Assembly (NCBI GenBank): GCA_051294375.1
Contig: CM119263.1
Span: forward strand, 29,257,134 to 29,321,133
Direction: 5' to 3'
DNA from: Paraspadella gotoi
Taxonomy: Eukaryota; Animalia; Chaetognatha
DNA length: 64,000 nt
Position numbers and translations under genes: made by a program. The notes under the pieces were generated by a model. That model had not been told where the DNA came from and did no database searches. It saw only the letters and a program-made list of their open reading frames with translations. Below, piece after piece: positions 27,098 through 64,000 of this stretch. Position 1 is the first letter of the stretch; each line of letters begins with the position of its first letter.

Positions 27098-28879
27098 TTA
27101 TACTTATAGAGAAATAGGCTAACTCTTCTTTTTCGAACGGAAATGTTCCTGTAAAAAGGGAAAGCAATTCAACTACAGAAAGCCTTGTCAGACTCACTGT
27201 GCACTGTGTGCAGTGTGCAAAGTGTGCACACTGAAGCGAATTCATTATTTTTTGATCTGAATTTCTCTCATCGCTTCTCAGCGGAAGCAGAAGACGTGGC
27301 TCTGGAGCGGACGTTGGGTCTATGGAGCGGAATCTCATTCATCGCTGGGACGATGATAGGCTCAGGAATCTTCGTGTCGCCGACTGGAGTCATCAATAAA
27401 GTTGGGAGGTGAGGTCAAGACAGGGAGNNNNNNNNNNNNNNNNNNNNNNNNNNNNNNNNNNNNNNNNNNNNNNNNNNNNNNNNNNNNNNNNNNNNNNNNN
27501 NNNNNNNNNNNNNNNNNNNNNNNNNNNNNNNNNNNNNNNNNNNNNNNNNNNNNNNNNNNNNNNNNNNNNNNNNNNNNNNNNNNNNNNAATTGACCATTAC
27601 CTTGTGTATATTTGACTTTTGACTTTTTTTGGACTTTTTTATTTATTTTAAATAATCGTAGGTACGTAACATTCATGTAAGGCTCCCATACGATCCCGTG
27701 ATTGTGTGTTCTACTGACATAATATGAGCATAATAAATCAATCAATCAATCGATCAATCTCTCCAGCGCGGGCCTTTCCCTCATCGTCTGGTTCGGATGC
27801 GGCGTTCTCGCTCTTCTCGGTTCCCTCTGCTACGCCGAGCTGGGAGTGACGATCCCAAAGTCTGGCGGAGAATACGCCTACTTCCTTCGGATCTTCGGAG
27901 GAAAAGAGAGAAAGAGAGCGGGCGACGTCATCGCTTACCTTTTTTCGTGGGTAAGAATTCAATTTCAATTAATTCGGGACCGGAAGCTGAAAATAATTAG
28001 AAATTGAAATGACATTCAACACCAGATGGAGCCGCTTGAATCTTGACAGCGTCTTCGTCGATGTTGTTTCTTTGTTTGTTTGTTTATTTAGAAAATAACT
28101 TTTTTGTTTAGGTTTTGGTGACGATGATTAAACCTTCGTCCTTGGCCATCATTTCCCTGGTTTTCGCCGAGTACCTTGCGGGTGAGAGAGAGAGAGANNN
28201 NNNNNNNNNNNNNNNNNNNNNNTAGAATGATTAGTCAGTAAGGCGCTAGTGAAAGTTACATACGAAAATTCTAAAATGTCAATTATGAACAACATACCAT
28301 CAGTGAATATTAATATGTAAAAAAAATTAATTTTATGTGTTTTTAATTTTCGCAGTACGCTATATTTCATATATAGTACTATCCTTATAAAATCGAAAAA
28401 TTTCAAAATATGCTTTTCTAATTTTGATTGCAGATTTGAATTCCTCGTCAAAAGTTGATAAAAGAAAATATAAATCATTTTTAAAAATTCTTTCATTAAG
28501 TGGGTTAAAAATTTAAAAAAACTACATTTAATATATAAAAAGTTAATTTTCAGCTTAAAATATAGCTTTTTCTAATTTTTGACCCACTTAATGAAGGAAT
28601 TTTTCAAAAAGAGTTTATATTTCTTTTTATCAACTTTTTATGACGAATCCAAATCTGCAAAAAAATTTTAGAAAAAACTGTTTTGAAATTTTAATATTTA
28701 TTGGATTATGTACTAGTATAAATATGGCCTACTGCGTAAATTGTAAAATTTATTATAAATTTTTTTATTACATAAATGTTTATTAGTATAATGTTTTCAT
28801 TCCTCACTTTTAGAATTTTAATTAAAGTTAAATTTAGAAATTTTACTACGCCTTATTAGTCAGTCTACTCTCTCTCCCT

Positions 28880-28962
<83 letters not shown>

Positions 28963-31900
28963 AGTCCCTATGTTCGACGACTGCGGTCCGCCCGACATCG
29001 TCAAGAAACTCTTGGCCACCACCCTGATGGTGGCGCTGACAATTCTAAATTGCGTCTCTGTCTCCGGCGCCGCCAAAGTTCAAATCGTTTTCACTGTCGC
29101 CAAAATCGTCGCTTTGATTTTGATCATCGTCGCTGGATTCGTTAAGGTAAGAGTCGTTGTTGTCGTTGTTATTATTTTGTGGTTGTGCGGATAATTAGTG
29201 GGCTAAAGAGTGCTATCCGCAACTTCTATTTTTTTATAACTGAACAAATAAACAATTTTTGTTCTTGAAAACATTTTATCATTTGAACGAACTAGTGAAA
29301 TTAGAGATTAAAACAAACGTGGCCATTAGCATCCGTTCGCCACAGGTTTTCCAGGACCCCGAAGCGGTTTACGGCCGTCCTCAGGCTTCCCGCAGGGGAG
29401 ACGAGCTGATGTTCATGACTCAAGGAGCCACTGGGTCACGACTGAAGATGTCGTGATTATAGACGGTGTGAACCTGGTGCAATGACCGACTTCAGTTGTT
29501 GTTGTCGCGATTAATTGTTTTTGTTTTTTTACTTTTAGTTCTAGATTGGCGAGCGGCGCCATCAACCAAGCAATAATATCTATATTCAGAATCCATGCTT
29601 GTCTTTATTTCCGTGCGACTTTGTTCAAATTTCTCTCTCTCCTTTCCCCCCCAAACTCCCTCTACCTCTCCCCTCTCCCCCACCCAAAAAAAAGCTCGGC
29701 CAAGGTCACTCCCACTTCCTCTCCCCCTCCTCCTCATTCTCCTCCTCTTCCTCCTCCCCCTCCTCCATCGCCCTGGCCTTCTACTCCGGCCTTTGGGCCT
29801 ACGACGGATGGAACCAACTCAACTACGTCACGGAAGAGATCGTCAACCCGCGCCGCAACCTTCCTCTCTCCATCGGGCTCGGCATCCCGCTCGTCACGGC
29901 GCTCTACCTGGCCGTCAAGTCGCCTACTTCGGCGGCGCTGTCGCCGGCGGAGGTTTCGAGCCTCTGGATCGACGGCGGGTAAAGGGGGGCGGAGGAGGGG
30001 GTTACGGTTTGGTTTTGTTTCTTCCTCTCTGTTTTTTGTCGCGTTTCGTTAGAATTGTATTGTTTCGTTGTTATATTGTTTGTAACGTTTGTTTCATTTT
30101 TGTATGAATAAATATTACCGTTAAGAGTTTTTTTTGTGGCAGCTGACATCCGTCCGTCCGTAGGTCCTTTCGTCTATCTGCCCGTTCGACCTTCTGACTG
30201 ACTGGCAGTCCATCCAATCAATAAACAAGCCAACTAACAGCCAACCAACTGATCATGCGACTTATCAGTAATCAGTCCAATAGACAAACCAACCGAACGA
30301 CCGGTTGATCAATCAACAAACCAATTAACATACTCATCAACCAACTAAACTACTAATTATCTAACTAACGAATTAACCGGACAATAACCCAACCAAGCGA
30401 CGGTCAAACTAAACAACCAACAAACCACCAAACTACCAAGCCGCCGACCAACTAACAAAGTAACCAAATTACAAATCAATTAATCAGCTAAAAAACCAAA
30501 CCATCCAACCAACCAACCATTCAGTTATCCAAAAAAATTTAAAAAAATCAACGAACTAACCAATCGAACAATCAACCTGCCCCACCCACCCGACCAACCA
30601 AGCAATCGATTGACCAATCTGCCTATCATTGAACCAATCAACCGATCCCCATCATCCCGTCCTCCATCCCCAGTGGCGTTCGGCGGACACGCGCCTTGGG
30701 TCCCCTGGCGCAATCGATTCCATTCTTCGTGGCGGCGTCGTGCGTCGGCGCCGCCAACGGAGTCTCTTCACCGCGGGGAGGAGCGTCTTCGTCGCCGCCC
30801 GAGAGGGTGAGGGGAAATGGGGGGAAGGAAGGGAGAGGGAGGGCAGGATGGGGAGATGAGGGGAAGGGTGAGGGAGGGAGAGGGTGAGGGAGGGCAGGAT
30901 TGAGGAGATGAGGGAAGGGTGGGGAGAGAGGAGGAAGGTAAGGGTGAGGGAGGGCAGGATTGAGGAGATGAGGGGAAGGGTGGGGAGAGAGGAGGGAAGG
31001 AAGGGTGAGGGAGGGAAGGATTGGGGAGATGAGGGAAGGGTGGGCGAGGGGACGGAAGGAAGGGAGGGAGGAAGGATTGGGGAGATGAGGGGAAGGGTGG
31101 GGGAGAGGAGGAAGGAAGGGTGAGGGAGGAAGGATTGGGGAGATGAGGGGAGGGTGAGGGAGGGGAGGAAGGGTGAAGGAGGGCAGGATTGAGGAGATGA
31201 GGGGAAGCGTAGGGCGAGGGAACGGAAGGAAGGGAGAGGGAGGGAAGGATTGGGGAGAATGAAGGGAAGGGTAGGGCGAGGGGAGGAGGAGAGGGAGAGG
31301 GAGAGGGGCAGTGGGATAGGGAAGATGGGAACGGAAGAAACTCTCTCACGAAAAAAATAAAGATAAAGAAAGAACGGGAGAATGGAAGAACGGAAGAATG
31401 GAAGAACGGGAGAATAGGAGAAAAGAGGAATGAGGAAAGAAAAAGAGAAAAAAAAAGTAAGAGAAGGAAAGGAAGGAGAATGGAGCAAAGAAATGGAGAC
31501 AGGTAAGAACCGAAAAAAAAAGAAAAAAAAGTCAGGAAGAAGAAAGAAAAGGAGTAAAAAATATAAAAGAAAAGAAAGAAAATAAATGGAAGGAGAAAGT
31601 AAAAAAAATAAAGAAAAGGAGGAAAAGATACTTAAGGGAGTAGTCTTTTCATACAATAGAAACATTCTTTGAAACATTATACCACTTCATTGATAGGGAA
31701 GCCAGGAACTCTGGTCTGGGAGTGAATAAACGAGACTGTGAGAGAGTCTTGATTGTAAGCTTGCAGGGACCTGCTATGTCATTATCTTGTAAGAGTGATG
31801 GAAGCCTTAACCCACCAAAGCCTGTCCAAAGTCAGGGTCCAAATATCTTATTCATTAAATGAATGGATAATTTTTATTAGTTGTACCAAAATCATAAAAT

Positions 31901-32469
31901 AAAAAAAAGAAAATAAATAGAAGGAGAAAAAGGGAAAAAAAAGTTTTTAAAAAGCAAAAAAAAGAGCATCCTGTTCACGCTTTCCCTTCCATTCAGGCCA
32001 CATACCTCGCCTGTTGAGCATGGTGCAGACCCGTTTCCTGACCCCCCTCCCCGCTTTGGCCTCTCAATGCCTTCTGGCCACCCTGATGGCCTTTGCGGGC
32101 GGCATTGATTCCCTCATCGACTTTTTCTCCTTCGCCGTTTGGGCTTTTTACGCCCTCGCCTTTTTGGCCAACGTGCTCATGCGATTGGATCGCTTCATGG
32201 GCAAGGATCCCGCCTTTCTCGCCCGGCCACTCAAACTGCCCGTCGCCGTGCCCGTCGTTTGTCTGGCGGCGTCGGCGTTTCTCGTGGTGGCGCCCATCGT
32301 CGAGGCGCCGGCGCTAGAGTTTCTCTACGCGTTTCTCTTCATAGTCGCCGGTTTGATCTTCTACGTCCCGTTCGTCTGGCTGCGGCTGCGGTGGCGCTTC
32401 GTCGACGACCTCACCGCTTTCCTGCAGCTGCTGATGGGCGTGGCGCCGCCCAAGGGGGAAGTTCATTGA
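26790..32469 (+). CDS. SLC7A9: L-type/heteromeric amino-acid transporter light chain, SLC7A9 (b(0,+)AT)-like; exons 26790-26995, 27282-27408, 27767-27950, 28112-28181, 28965-29146, 29695-29978, 30674-30806, 31997-32469
   Basis: Spliced motifs: [70 protein letters not shown] (Cys at the heavy-chain disulfide position), [55 protein letters not shown]|[15 protein letters not shown]. Splice phases are consistent. Exons 1, 6 and 7 contain small indels, likely sequence errors. Orthology within SLC7 is inferred from the WNQLNY motif only. Confidence 0.9.
28223..28867. mobile_element. Palindromic MITE-like element (~645 bp, arms ~300 bp) in SLC7 intron 4
   Basis: Left end TAGAATGATTAGTCAGTAAGGCGCTAGTGAAA vs reverse complement of the right end TAGACTGACTAATAAGGCGTAGTAAAA. 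Internal pairs include TTCATTAAGTGGGTTAAAAATT / AATTTTTGACCCACTTAATGAA and TGCAGATTTGAATTC / GAATCCAAATCTGCA. A related arm fragment lies near 52735-52920. Confidence 0.8.
30801..31260 (+). repeat. Purine-rich ~55-60-nt minisatellite starting at the SLC7 exon 7 donor
   Basis: Recurrent AGGGTGAGGGAGGGCAGGATTGAGGAGATGAGGGGAAGGGTG. The AGG|GTGAGG motif matches the true donor at 30806/30807. Confidence 0.75.
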
Positions 32470-35400
32470 CGGCCGCAATGTTATTTTGCAGACGCTGATG
32501 GTTGTTGAAACGCAGCGACAGCAATGAGACAAACCTTGTTAAGACTTTTTTTAAACAGCCAAAAGAGAATTTAAGACAATTCAAAATATTACCAAGGGTC
32601 ATGAAGAAATAATTAACACTTTTATGAATAGATAATATTTGATCAATCTCTACTTTGACGCTGCTTGCTTTTTCACTTGTTTCAGTTTTTAATTTTACAG
32701 TAATAATCTTACTTTCATTTTATATTTTATGTTGTCTTGAACCATTTTCTGCATTTCCTTTAATATTTTTTGTTCTAACAAATTAAAAATGAAATTGATC
32801 AATAATCAATAATACTTTATCAGCTATTTTGCGTTTCTTTTATTTAGCAAAAACTAGTATATATTATTTTTTCAAGAAATTATAAAAATGTTTTTTTAAA
32901 ATTTGGTTACCGTTACTGTTATTGTATTGTGTTAATATCGTTTTTGATATTAATAAAAAAAATTGGGATGATATAGTAGATATTTTGACTCTCAGCATTG
33001 ATTTTATTATCAAAAAATGCATTCAGCCAAATGCAAATGCACAAAAATATTGCAAAAAAATAATGAGTAACGAGGAGAAAAGGTAAAATTACCAAGAAGT
33101 ATAACACAGACTTTAATAATTAATGCAACAGTTAACAGTATAACATATTTAAGAAAATTACTATGAATTGTTTTTCTTTCGATTTGTTGTGATTGAGCTC
33201 AGAATTAAGGAAAACAAAATTTTAATTTTAACATAATTTTTAATAAAACATATGTTTCGATTCTGGTGATTTACGCTGTTGAAACAAAAATGTTCTTTTC
33301 CTTAATGAAAATTACTAAAAACAATAAAGAGCAACAAGTTAGAAGAGAAACTAATTAGCACTGTAATAACTATTTCTCATTGGATGAATATTTTTTTTTC
33401 TCATCTTAGGGACTAAAGTTTAGACCGTTAAAAAGATTTGGAATTAACTATTCTAGTCTTTTCTAGTCACACAGTTTTCAAAGTCAGACAGCAGGCCCGT
33501 CCCTAAACGGCCTTTTACGGAGCAGTAGTCCTGTGGTTAGGGCCACGAGCCCCACAAGTACACCACAAGCCCAGAGACTTGCGGGCGAAGGGCCGCCAAA
33601 AGGCCACAAGACCGGAGCCTCAGACTCTCATGATGGACTCGGGACCTTTCCACAAAGCCAGTGACACAGGGCTTCACACCGTCGACGGGGCGCTGGACAA
33701 GACCGCGCCCACTTCCGGCGAAGACGAGGCGAGTGGACGACGGCGTCACCCAGTAACAGCCTGACGGGTCAACGGACGAGGAGAGGTCCTCTGAGACTAG
33801 TTCGTTACTAGTTTCGTGACAATTCTTATTTTTTCGAGACTTGATAAAAAAAAAGGCTTTCTTCGCAACAAGGGGTTTATTTTTTGTATTTTTTTTTTTT
33901 TAATTCAGGGGGAAAATAGATATTTCGCCACGCAATATTATCAATAAAATGCATTCAACAAAAAGCAGAAGTTAAAAACCACAGCACGAAAAAATAATGC
34001 AATTTCTTACAAAAATTTTTTCTTCGGTCGTGGAAGAAAAAATTCGAAAGGAAATATTTGATTAACAGGGAGAAAAAAGGTTATTCGGAGCCATAGAGTA
34101 GAATTATCAAGTAGTATTACGCGGAATTGAATAACTAATGCATTAATTAACAAGAGTCCATCACAATTGTAAAATTGGGGAATGATTAAGACGAACGAAA
34201 TTACTTCGTGAAAGATTTTCAGATTTTTCTTGGTCCAGTAAACTCTACAAGTAAATTGTGATCTTTAAACTTGTAATTTTTCTCGTAACAAGATTTTGCG
34301 TAAAATAAGTTGGCAAATCGATTTTATGGAAAAGATAGATTTTTAAACAGGAAGTGAAAAGTTAATATTAATATGATAGTTAGTTTTTTTTTGCCGATTG
34401 AAACTATTTTTTATAAAGCAGCTTAAAAATGGCGATAAATTAGTTCATTATATGAAATTAAAATACTATTCTTTTTAGCCTTCAAAGTGCCCTAGGATAG
34501 TTTTCGACTTTTAACATGAAAGTGCGTAGGAATTAGATTTTCGTCTTTATATAAACGTAAGGGATTAATTAAAGTTCTTTTTATAAAAAGTACAGTTTTT
34601 CTTGTCATTCGTAACAAGATACGATTAAAAAAAGTGTTACAAGTGTCAATCTTAACTCGTTTATATTTATTTTTGTGCCAACTTGAGGTGATTGAGAAAT
34701 TAATAATAGCAAGCAAAGCGTTATCTCAGATTATAAGTCGCGATTTGAATAGAAATTAAAATTTCTATTTATAAACGAATAAATATAACTAAACGAACGG
34801 AACTTAAAGAGGATTTCAGTTGTGATATAGTGGACCATCTGACTACGAATACACTTTTCACTTTTCACCAAAAAAAATTATTATTTGTTTTTTTATTTTC
34901 GTTCACGGAATTAAAACCAATCCGGTCGAGTTGCTGAATGAAGTGGGGAATAAGCGGCACTGAAAGCCAGGTTAATTGGATTAAATTAGATTAAATTAAT
35001 AAAGATTAAATTAATAAAGATTAAATTAATAAAGATTAAATGGGTTTTAATAAAGTTATAACGAGGGAAAAAAGTTATCAAAATAAAGGTGACGCACCAA
35101 GTATTAAATAAGACTGTTAAACTTTACATTTGCTTTGAATTTGTGATTCTGACATCTGAATTTAAATTTTTTTACCTTACTTAATTTTATAAATACATCA
35201 TTTTAAAAACAAGATAATTTCTAAATAGTTTCGTAATTTTAGTAATATTTTAGGAAATAACAATGACATTCGAAGAATTGACAAAAGTCACAAAGGTATT
35301 TCTTTTGCAATACACTATTTGAAAATATTTTTTTGGTAAAACTATGGATAAAAATCAAGACGTTTGTTCTTAAGGCAACACTTTTTAATACAGATGGTGT

Positions 35401-35517
35401 ACGTCGTTTTGATGAACAAAATAGATTTCCGCATCGTGCTCTTGTGACTTGTATGAAAAATATGAAATTAAATGTAATGCAATGGAAGTAAATCGTATTT
35501 TGTAAACTGTTTAATGG

Positions 35518-35598
<81 letters not shown>

Positions 35599-36370
35599 AT
35601 GTAAAACTGACAAATTAAAAAGTAAATCGAAGCCGACCATTCGACGTTCGATTGTCTTTTCAAAACGTAAGAAAAAAAAATAGACGCACAGACATTTTTA
35701 CGAAATCATCTGTGGAAGAAGAATCATCTGGAAAGAACATCTGGAAAGAACGTCTGCGAAACAAGAGTTACCACGGCCCCTTAACGCCGATCCTTTCACG
35801 ATACGATCATCGCTCTCAGCTTAGGCATCGAATGAACATCATCTTTCGTTTTTGTTTATATTTTTTTATATTTTTGTTTTTGTTTTTGTTTTTCTATTTG
35901 TTACGGTTGTTTTCTACGCGACAAAAGCGACTATAAAGAAATTTCATGTGAAATTAGGGCGACGATGAATTTCGCTTTGAAGCATCACTGGTGAACGGAG
36001 ATTCGAGGCCTCACTTCTCCGTGTCAATAGCAAGCATCAGCAATCATTGCAATCATTGAACCAATCTTATCAGCTCCGGCAAAAAATCTTCAGCACAACA
36101 AAATGCTTCAAGGCGACGGTGCGCAACTTTTAAAGATCGCTCCATCTTCTTATCTCTATATTTTTTTTTTACTTTCCGAAAATTTAATTAGGTTTGCCCT
36201 CTTCGCTAAATCTCACACTGGCAATTCCCACACGAAAATCCCAACTTCAACCTTCACAATCACCCACTCCGATCACCAACTTCTCCAAGCACCGTCTCCA
36301 AGCACCGTCTCCAATCATCACTTCTAAACACCACCTCCAAGCACCGCTTCCAAGCAACAATCTCCACGAG

Positions 36371-60431
<24,061 letters not shown>

Positions 60432-60908
60432 TTTTCTTTCTGCCTCTGGAGAAGATGAGGAGGAGGAGGAAGAGGAGGAAGAGGAGGAAGAGGATCCCAC
60501 GCTATGGATGAGTGGATGTGACATTCGGTTGTGGAAGAAAATTTAATAATTATGAACATAACAAATAAATACAAATTTAAACAAGATAAACAAATATTAA
60601 ACATGAGAATTGAATAATTTAATTTGATTTAAATTAGTTTAATTTTAATTTAATTTTGGCTTTGATTCAATTTTTTCATTGGACAAAAAATAAAGAGCAG
60701 ACGCATTTTTTCCCTGTTTTCCGAAACGTCCTGTTGTTATCCAAGCTGGCGAATCTCCCGAAATCCCAAATGGCAGATATATCTGGAATCCCAAACGGCA
60801 AACGTCTGTTTTCCCAGATGGCGCATTAGCTCATTCTCGGACGCAACTTCTTCAAAATGCGGAAAATCGCGAGGCCCAGAGGGAGAGACGGGGAGAGGCG
60901 TTGGCTAT

Positions 60909-60968
<60 letters not shown>

Positions 60969-61792
60969 TTTTATGCAGTTGAGAATAAATATTTTTATTC
61001 TGTTTTAGGGAGTTTGTACTATATATCAAAACCTATTTACTTATAAAAAAACATATTTGACAATAAAATTTACTAATTTTTCCAAACAATTTTTGTTTCC
61101 ATAATGTTCTCTAGTTTAGAATTTTAGAATTTTCATACGTGACTTTCACTACGCTCTATTACCTACATGTAGTCGCGAAAACCAAAAAAATCTATCACGA
61201 TCTTCGAAGAACAAAACGTTAATTTAATTTAAAAAAAAAAAAAATTCGAAAAAGCGAAGATAATAATTTTGTCTCTCAGTTCCTGGTCCATTTCCTCCCA
61301 CGTCAAATCACAGGAGTCCTGTCAGGACTAATTATGACACATGATGTCAATGACGACACGTAACATTCACTCATGATGACACTACTGCCCATCATCCGTA
61401 TGTGATAATCCCCAGAAATTTTATAACTAAGCTGTTTAGTAATTTATTTAATTCTGTATCAAATCCCTCGCTGCAAGTTCGACAGACGAAACCAAAACTC
61501 GCCACCTAACGGCCAAAAAAAACCGCCTTGGTCGAAAGCGATAAAATGAATACTTCGAGTGGGTATATTAGGAGTAGGAGCTTATATTTCAAATAGGGTT
61601 GTTATTACTTTTAAAAATAAATTCTCGAAAACTACAATATGCAAATGTGTATATGGTATCTTTTCTTCATGAGGGCGAAGTTGAAAGAGAGATTTAACAA
61701 GAAAGACTTTTTCTTCATTTCTTTTTATTTCTTTCATTTGTTTTCTCGACTTTTCTTGTTCCATCCGTTCTATTGTGTTTCACACTCTGATG

Positions 61793-61931
<139 letters not shown>

Positions 61932-63174
61932 AAGTCTTTCCTTTCCTTCTTATTCCTTCGATTCTTAATATTTCCCTTCTTTTTTTCTCCTTTATACCAA
62001 TTATTTATATTCAAACCCCGTTAGAAATTCCCGTCAAACGCCATCATCCCTAAATCCGCTGCCGAATTCCATCATAACCGAAATCCTATTTCGTCTTTCT
62101 CATTTGTTTATTCTCTCTCGAGCATAAAGTTCTCTTGGAGCGAGTCTTCACAGCGCCGTTCCAAACCTCCTCCCTTCCACATCCCATCTCTCTTCACCTC
62201 TCCTCTTCCACATCCCTTCCCTACCTTCCACATCCCACAACCTCACGTAATCTTCCTCAATCTCATTCAGATTTTTTTCGGCAGCAAAATCTCGTTGGCT
62301 TCGAAAAAGAGAAAATGTTTTTTTCGCGTTAAAATTGTCTTCTTTTCTAATCTTCATCTTCCATCCTAATCTTCTAATCTTCATTTTCTAATCTTCACCT
62401 TTCATCTTCATCTTCTAATCTTCATTTTCTAATCCATATGTATCTTTTAATCCTAACTTTCTCTTGTTCTAACTATCATCTTGATCATCTTTTAATCTTT
62501 TCTGTTCATCTACTAATCATTATCTTCATTTTAATCTTTATCTTCTAATCTTCATCGTCACATCTTTTCTTTGACATAATCTAACTTATCTCCTTATAAT
62601 CCAATTCTCAACTTCAACTACAACTTTTCTATTTTCTTTTCCTATTTTTTTTTCTTGCAAAAAAAAATTTGATCAGCCTTCTTCAATGTTGTGCTTTGGA
62701 CAAATTTTACAAAATCAATTTTGAGATTTAGTATCAAAGCTCAAATGACGACTAAATTCGTTTATAGAAATCAAAGCTGAATAATTCCTTTTTTCTCCAC
62801 GATATCTCTCCCTCACTCTCTCTTTTTCTCTCTCTCTCTCTCTCCCCTCTCTCTCCCTCTCTCTCTCATTCTCTCTCTCTCTGTCTGTCTCTGTAAGGGA
62901 TGATTATTTAATATGATCTTAAATTAGATTGAATCTCTCAATCTGATTTACATATTACAGTATTAAATCTAAATGTGTCTAATTTCATTTTGGATTTCAT
63001 TTCATTCTTTATCTCTCTCTCTCTCTCTTCTCTCTCTTCTCTCTTAAAACAGACCTCTCACCTCTCCGAGTGTGATGTCAACAACAACAACGACAACAAC
63101 AACAACAACAATCGCGGACACTAAACGAAAACGTCAGCTCCTCTCTTCTTTCCGCGATAAACAGACGAGGACGA

Positions 63175-63715
63175 TGACGACCGCAGGGACGACCACAGGG
63201 ACGACCACAGAGACGACCAAAGGGACGACCACAGGGACGACCACAGCGACGACCACAGAGACGACCAAAGGGACGACCACAGGGACGCCCACATCGACGA
63301 CCACAGGGACGACAACAGGGACGACCACAGCAACGACCATAGGGACGACCACAAGCGATGACCACAGAGACGACCAAAAGGACGACCACAGGGACGACCA
63401 CACGACCACATGGACGACCACAGCGACGACCACAGAGACGACTAAAGGGGCGACCACAGGGATGACCACAGCGAGGACCATAGGGACGACCACATCGACG
63501 ACCATAGTGACGACCAAGGACGCCCACAGGGACGACCACAGCGACGACCACAGAGACGACCAAGGACGACCACAGGACGACCACAACGACGACCACAGGA
63601 CGAACCACAGGGACGTCCACAGCGACGACCACAGGGACGACCACAGCGACGACCACATAGACGACCAAATGGACGACCACAGGGACGATCACAGGGACAA
63701 ACACAGGGGCAGCCA
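63175..63715. repeat. 12-nt minisatellite
   Basis: (GACCACAGGGAC)n with single-base variants. It creates spurious ORFs in several frames. Confidence 0.9.
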
Positions 63716-64000
63716 CTGACAACGTCGACCACGACAACGACAACGAATTATGGTTTCTCAAATTTAATAAAACCAACAAGGAACATAATTTATTATCATC
63801 ATCATCATCATCATCATCATGCCAATGCCCAGTTTGTTTAAGCGTCAGAAACGTGTTAATGCGATTTGGCGACTCTGGATTCTGGATGGAAAAGAGGGCG
63901 GATTTCTGTGCAGAGGGAACTGACACCGTCCCCCCCTTCCCTTCTCCCTACCCCCTCCTCTTCCTCTCTTTCACTCCCTCTCCCTTCTGATTCCTCCCTA

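Noticed and set aside
29430-29480. Hammerhead-like CTGAAGA-GTC..GAC (also CTGATGAG at 53329)
   Set aside because: No GAAA core following stem II and no convincing flanking stems.
29905-30790. Frameshifts in SLC7 exons 6-7 (and exon 1) as evidence of a pseudogene or recoding
   Set aside because: The indels are scattered and often compensating while the protein motifs remain intact, matching the long-read error pattern seen elsewhere in the window.
63072-63926. Thr-rich / DDHR-repeat ORFs
   Set aside because: The 12-nt minisatellite is open in most frames, the repeat register shifts within the ORF, and there is no splice support.

Overview
Animal (invertebrate-type) genomic DNA: AT-rich, dense in (GA)n/(CT)n, (GAC)n and (TCAA)n microsatellites, with N-gaps and long-read-type indel noise. 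I assembled four spliced genes by hand. (1) TENT5/FAM46 non-canonical poly(A) polymerase (+, 17549-22841; N-terminal exon uncertain) with a ~570-aa low-complexity tail. (2) An SLC7A9/b(0,+)AT-like LAT amino-acid transporter (+, 26790-32469). (3) A 12-exon minus-strand gene (60431-36371, ~498 aa) built from three ~110-aa repeats of unknown function. (4) An AT-rich XK-related (XKR-like) multi-pass membrane gene (+, 49160-52201) nested antisense in an intron of gene 3. Most of 3.5-18.5 kb is 2-3 overlapping noisy copies of the same sequence, probably a gap-filling artefact. The most striking unexplained pattern: in three different genes, tandem arrays start inside the exon end and their unit is the exon/intron junction itself (last exon bases + GT donor + first intron bases). 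There are four such arrays (39-nt, 50-nt, ~30-40-nt and ~55-60-nt units), giving runs of repeated 5' splice sites that decay into the intron. Palindromic MITE/foldback elements and Helentron-like (HINE/DINE-type) repeats are also present.
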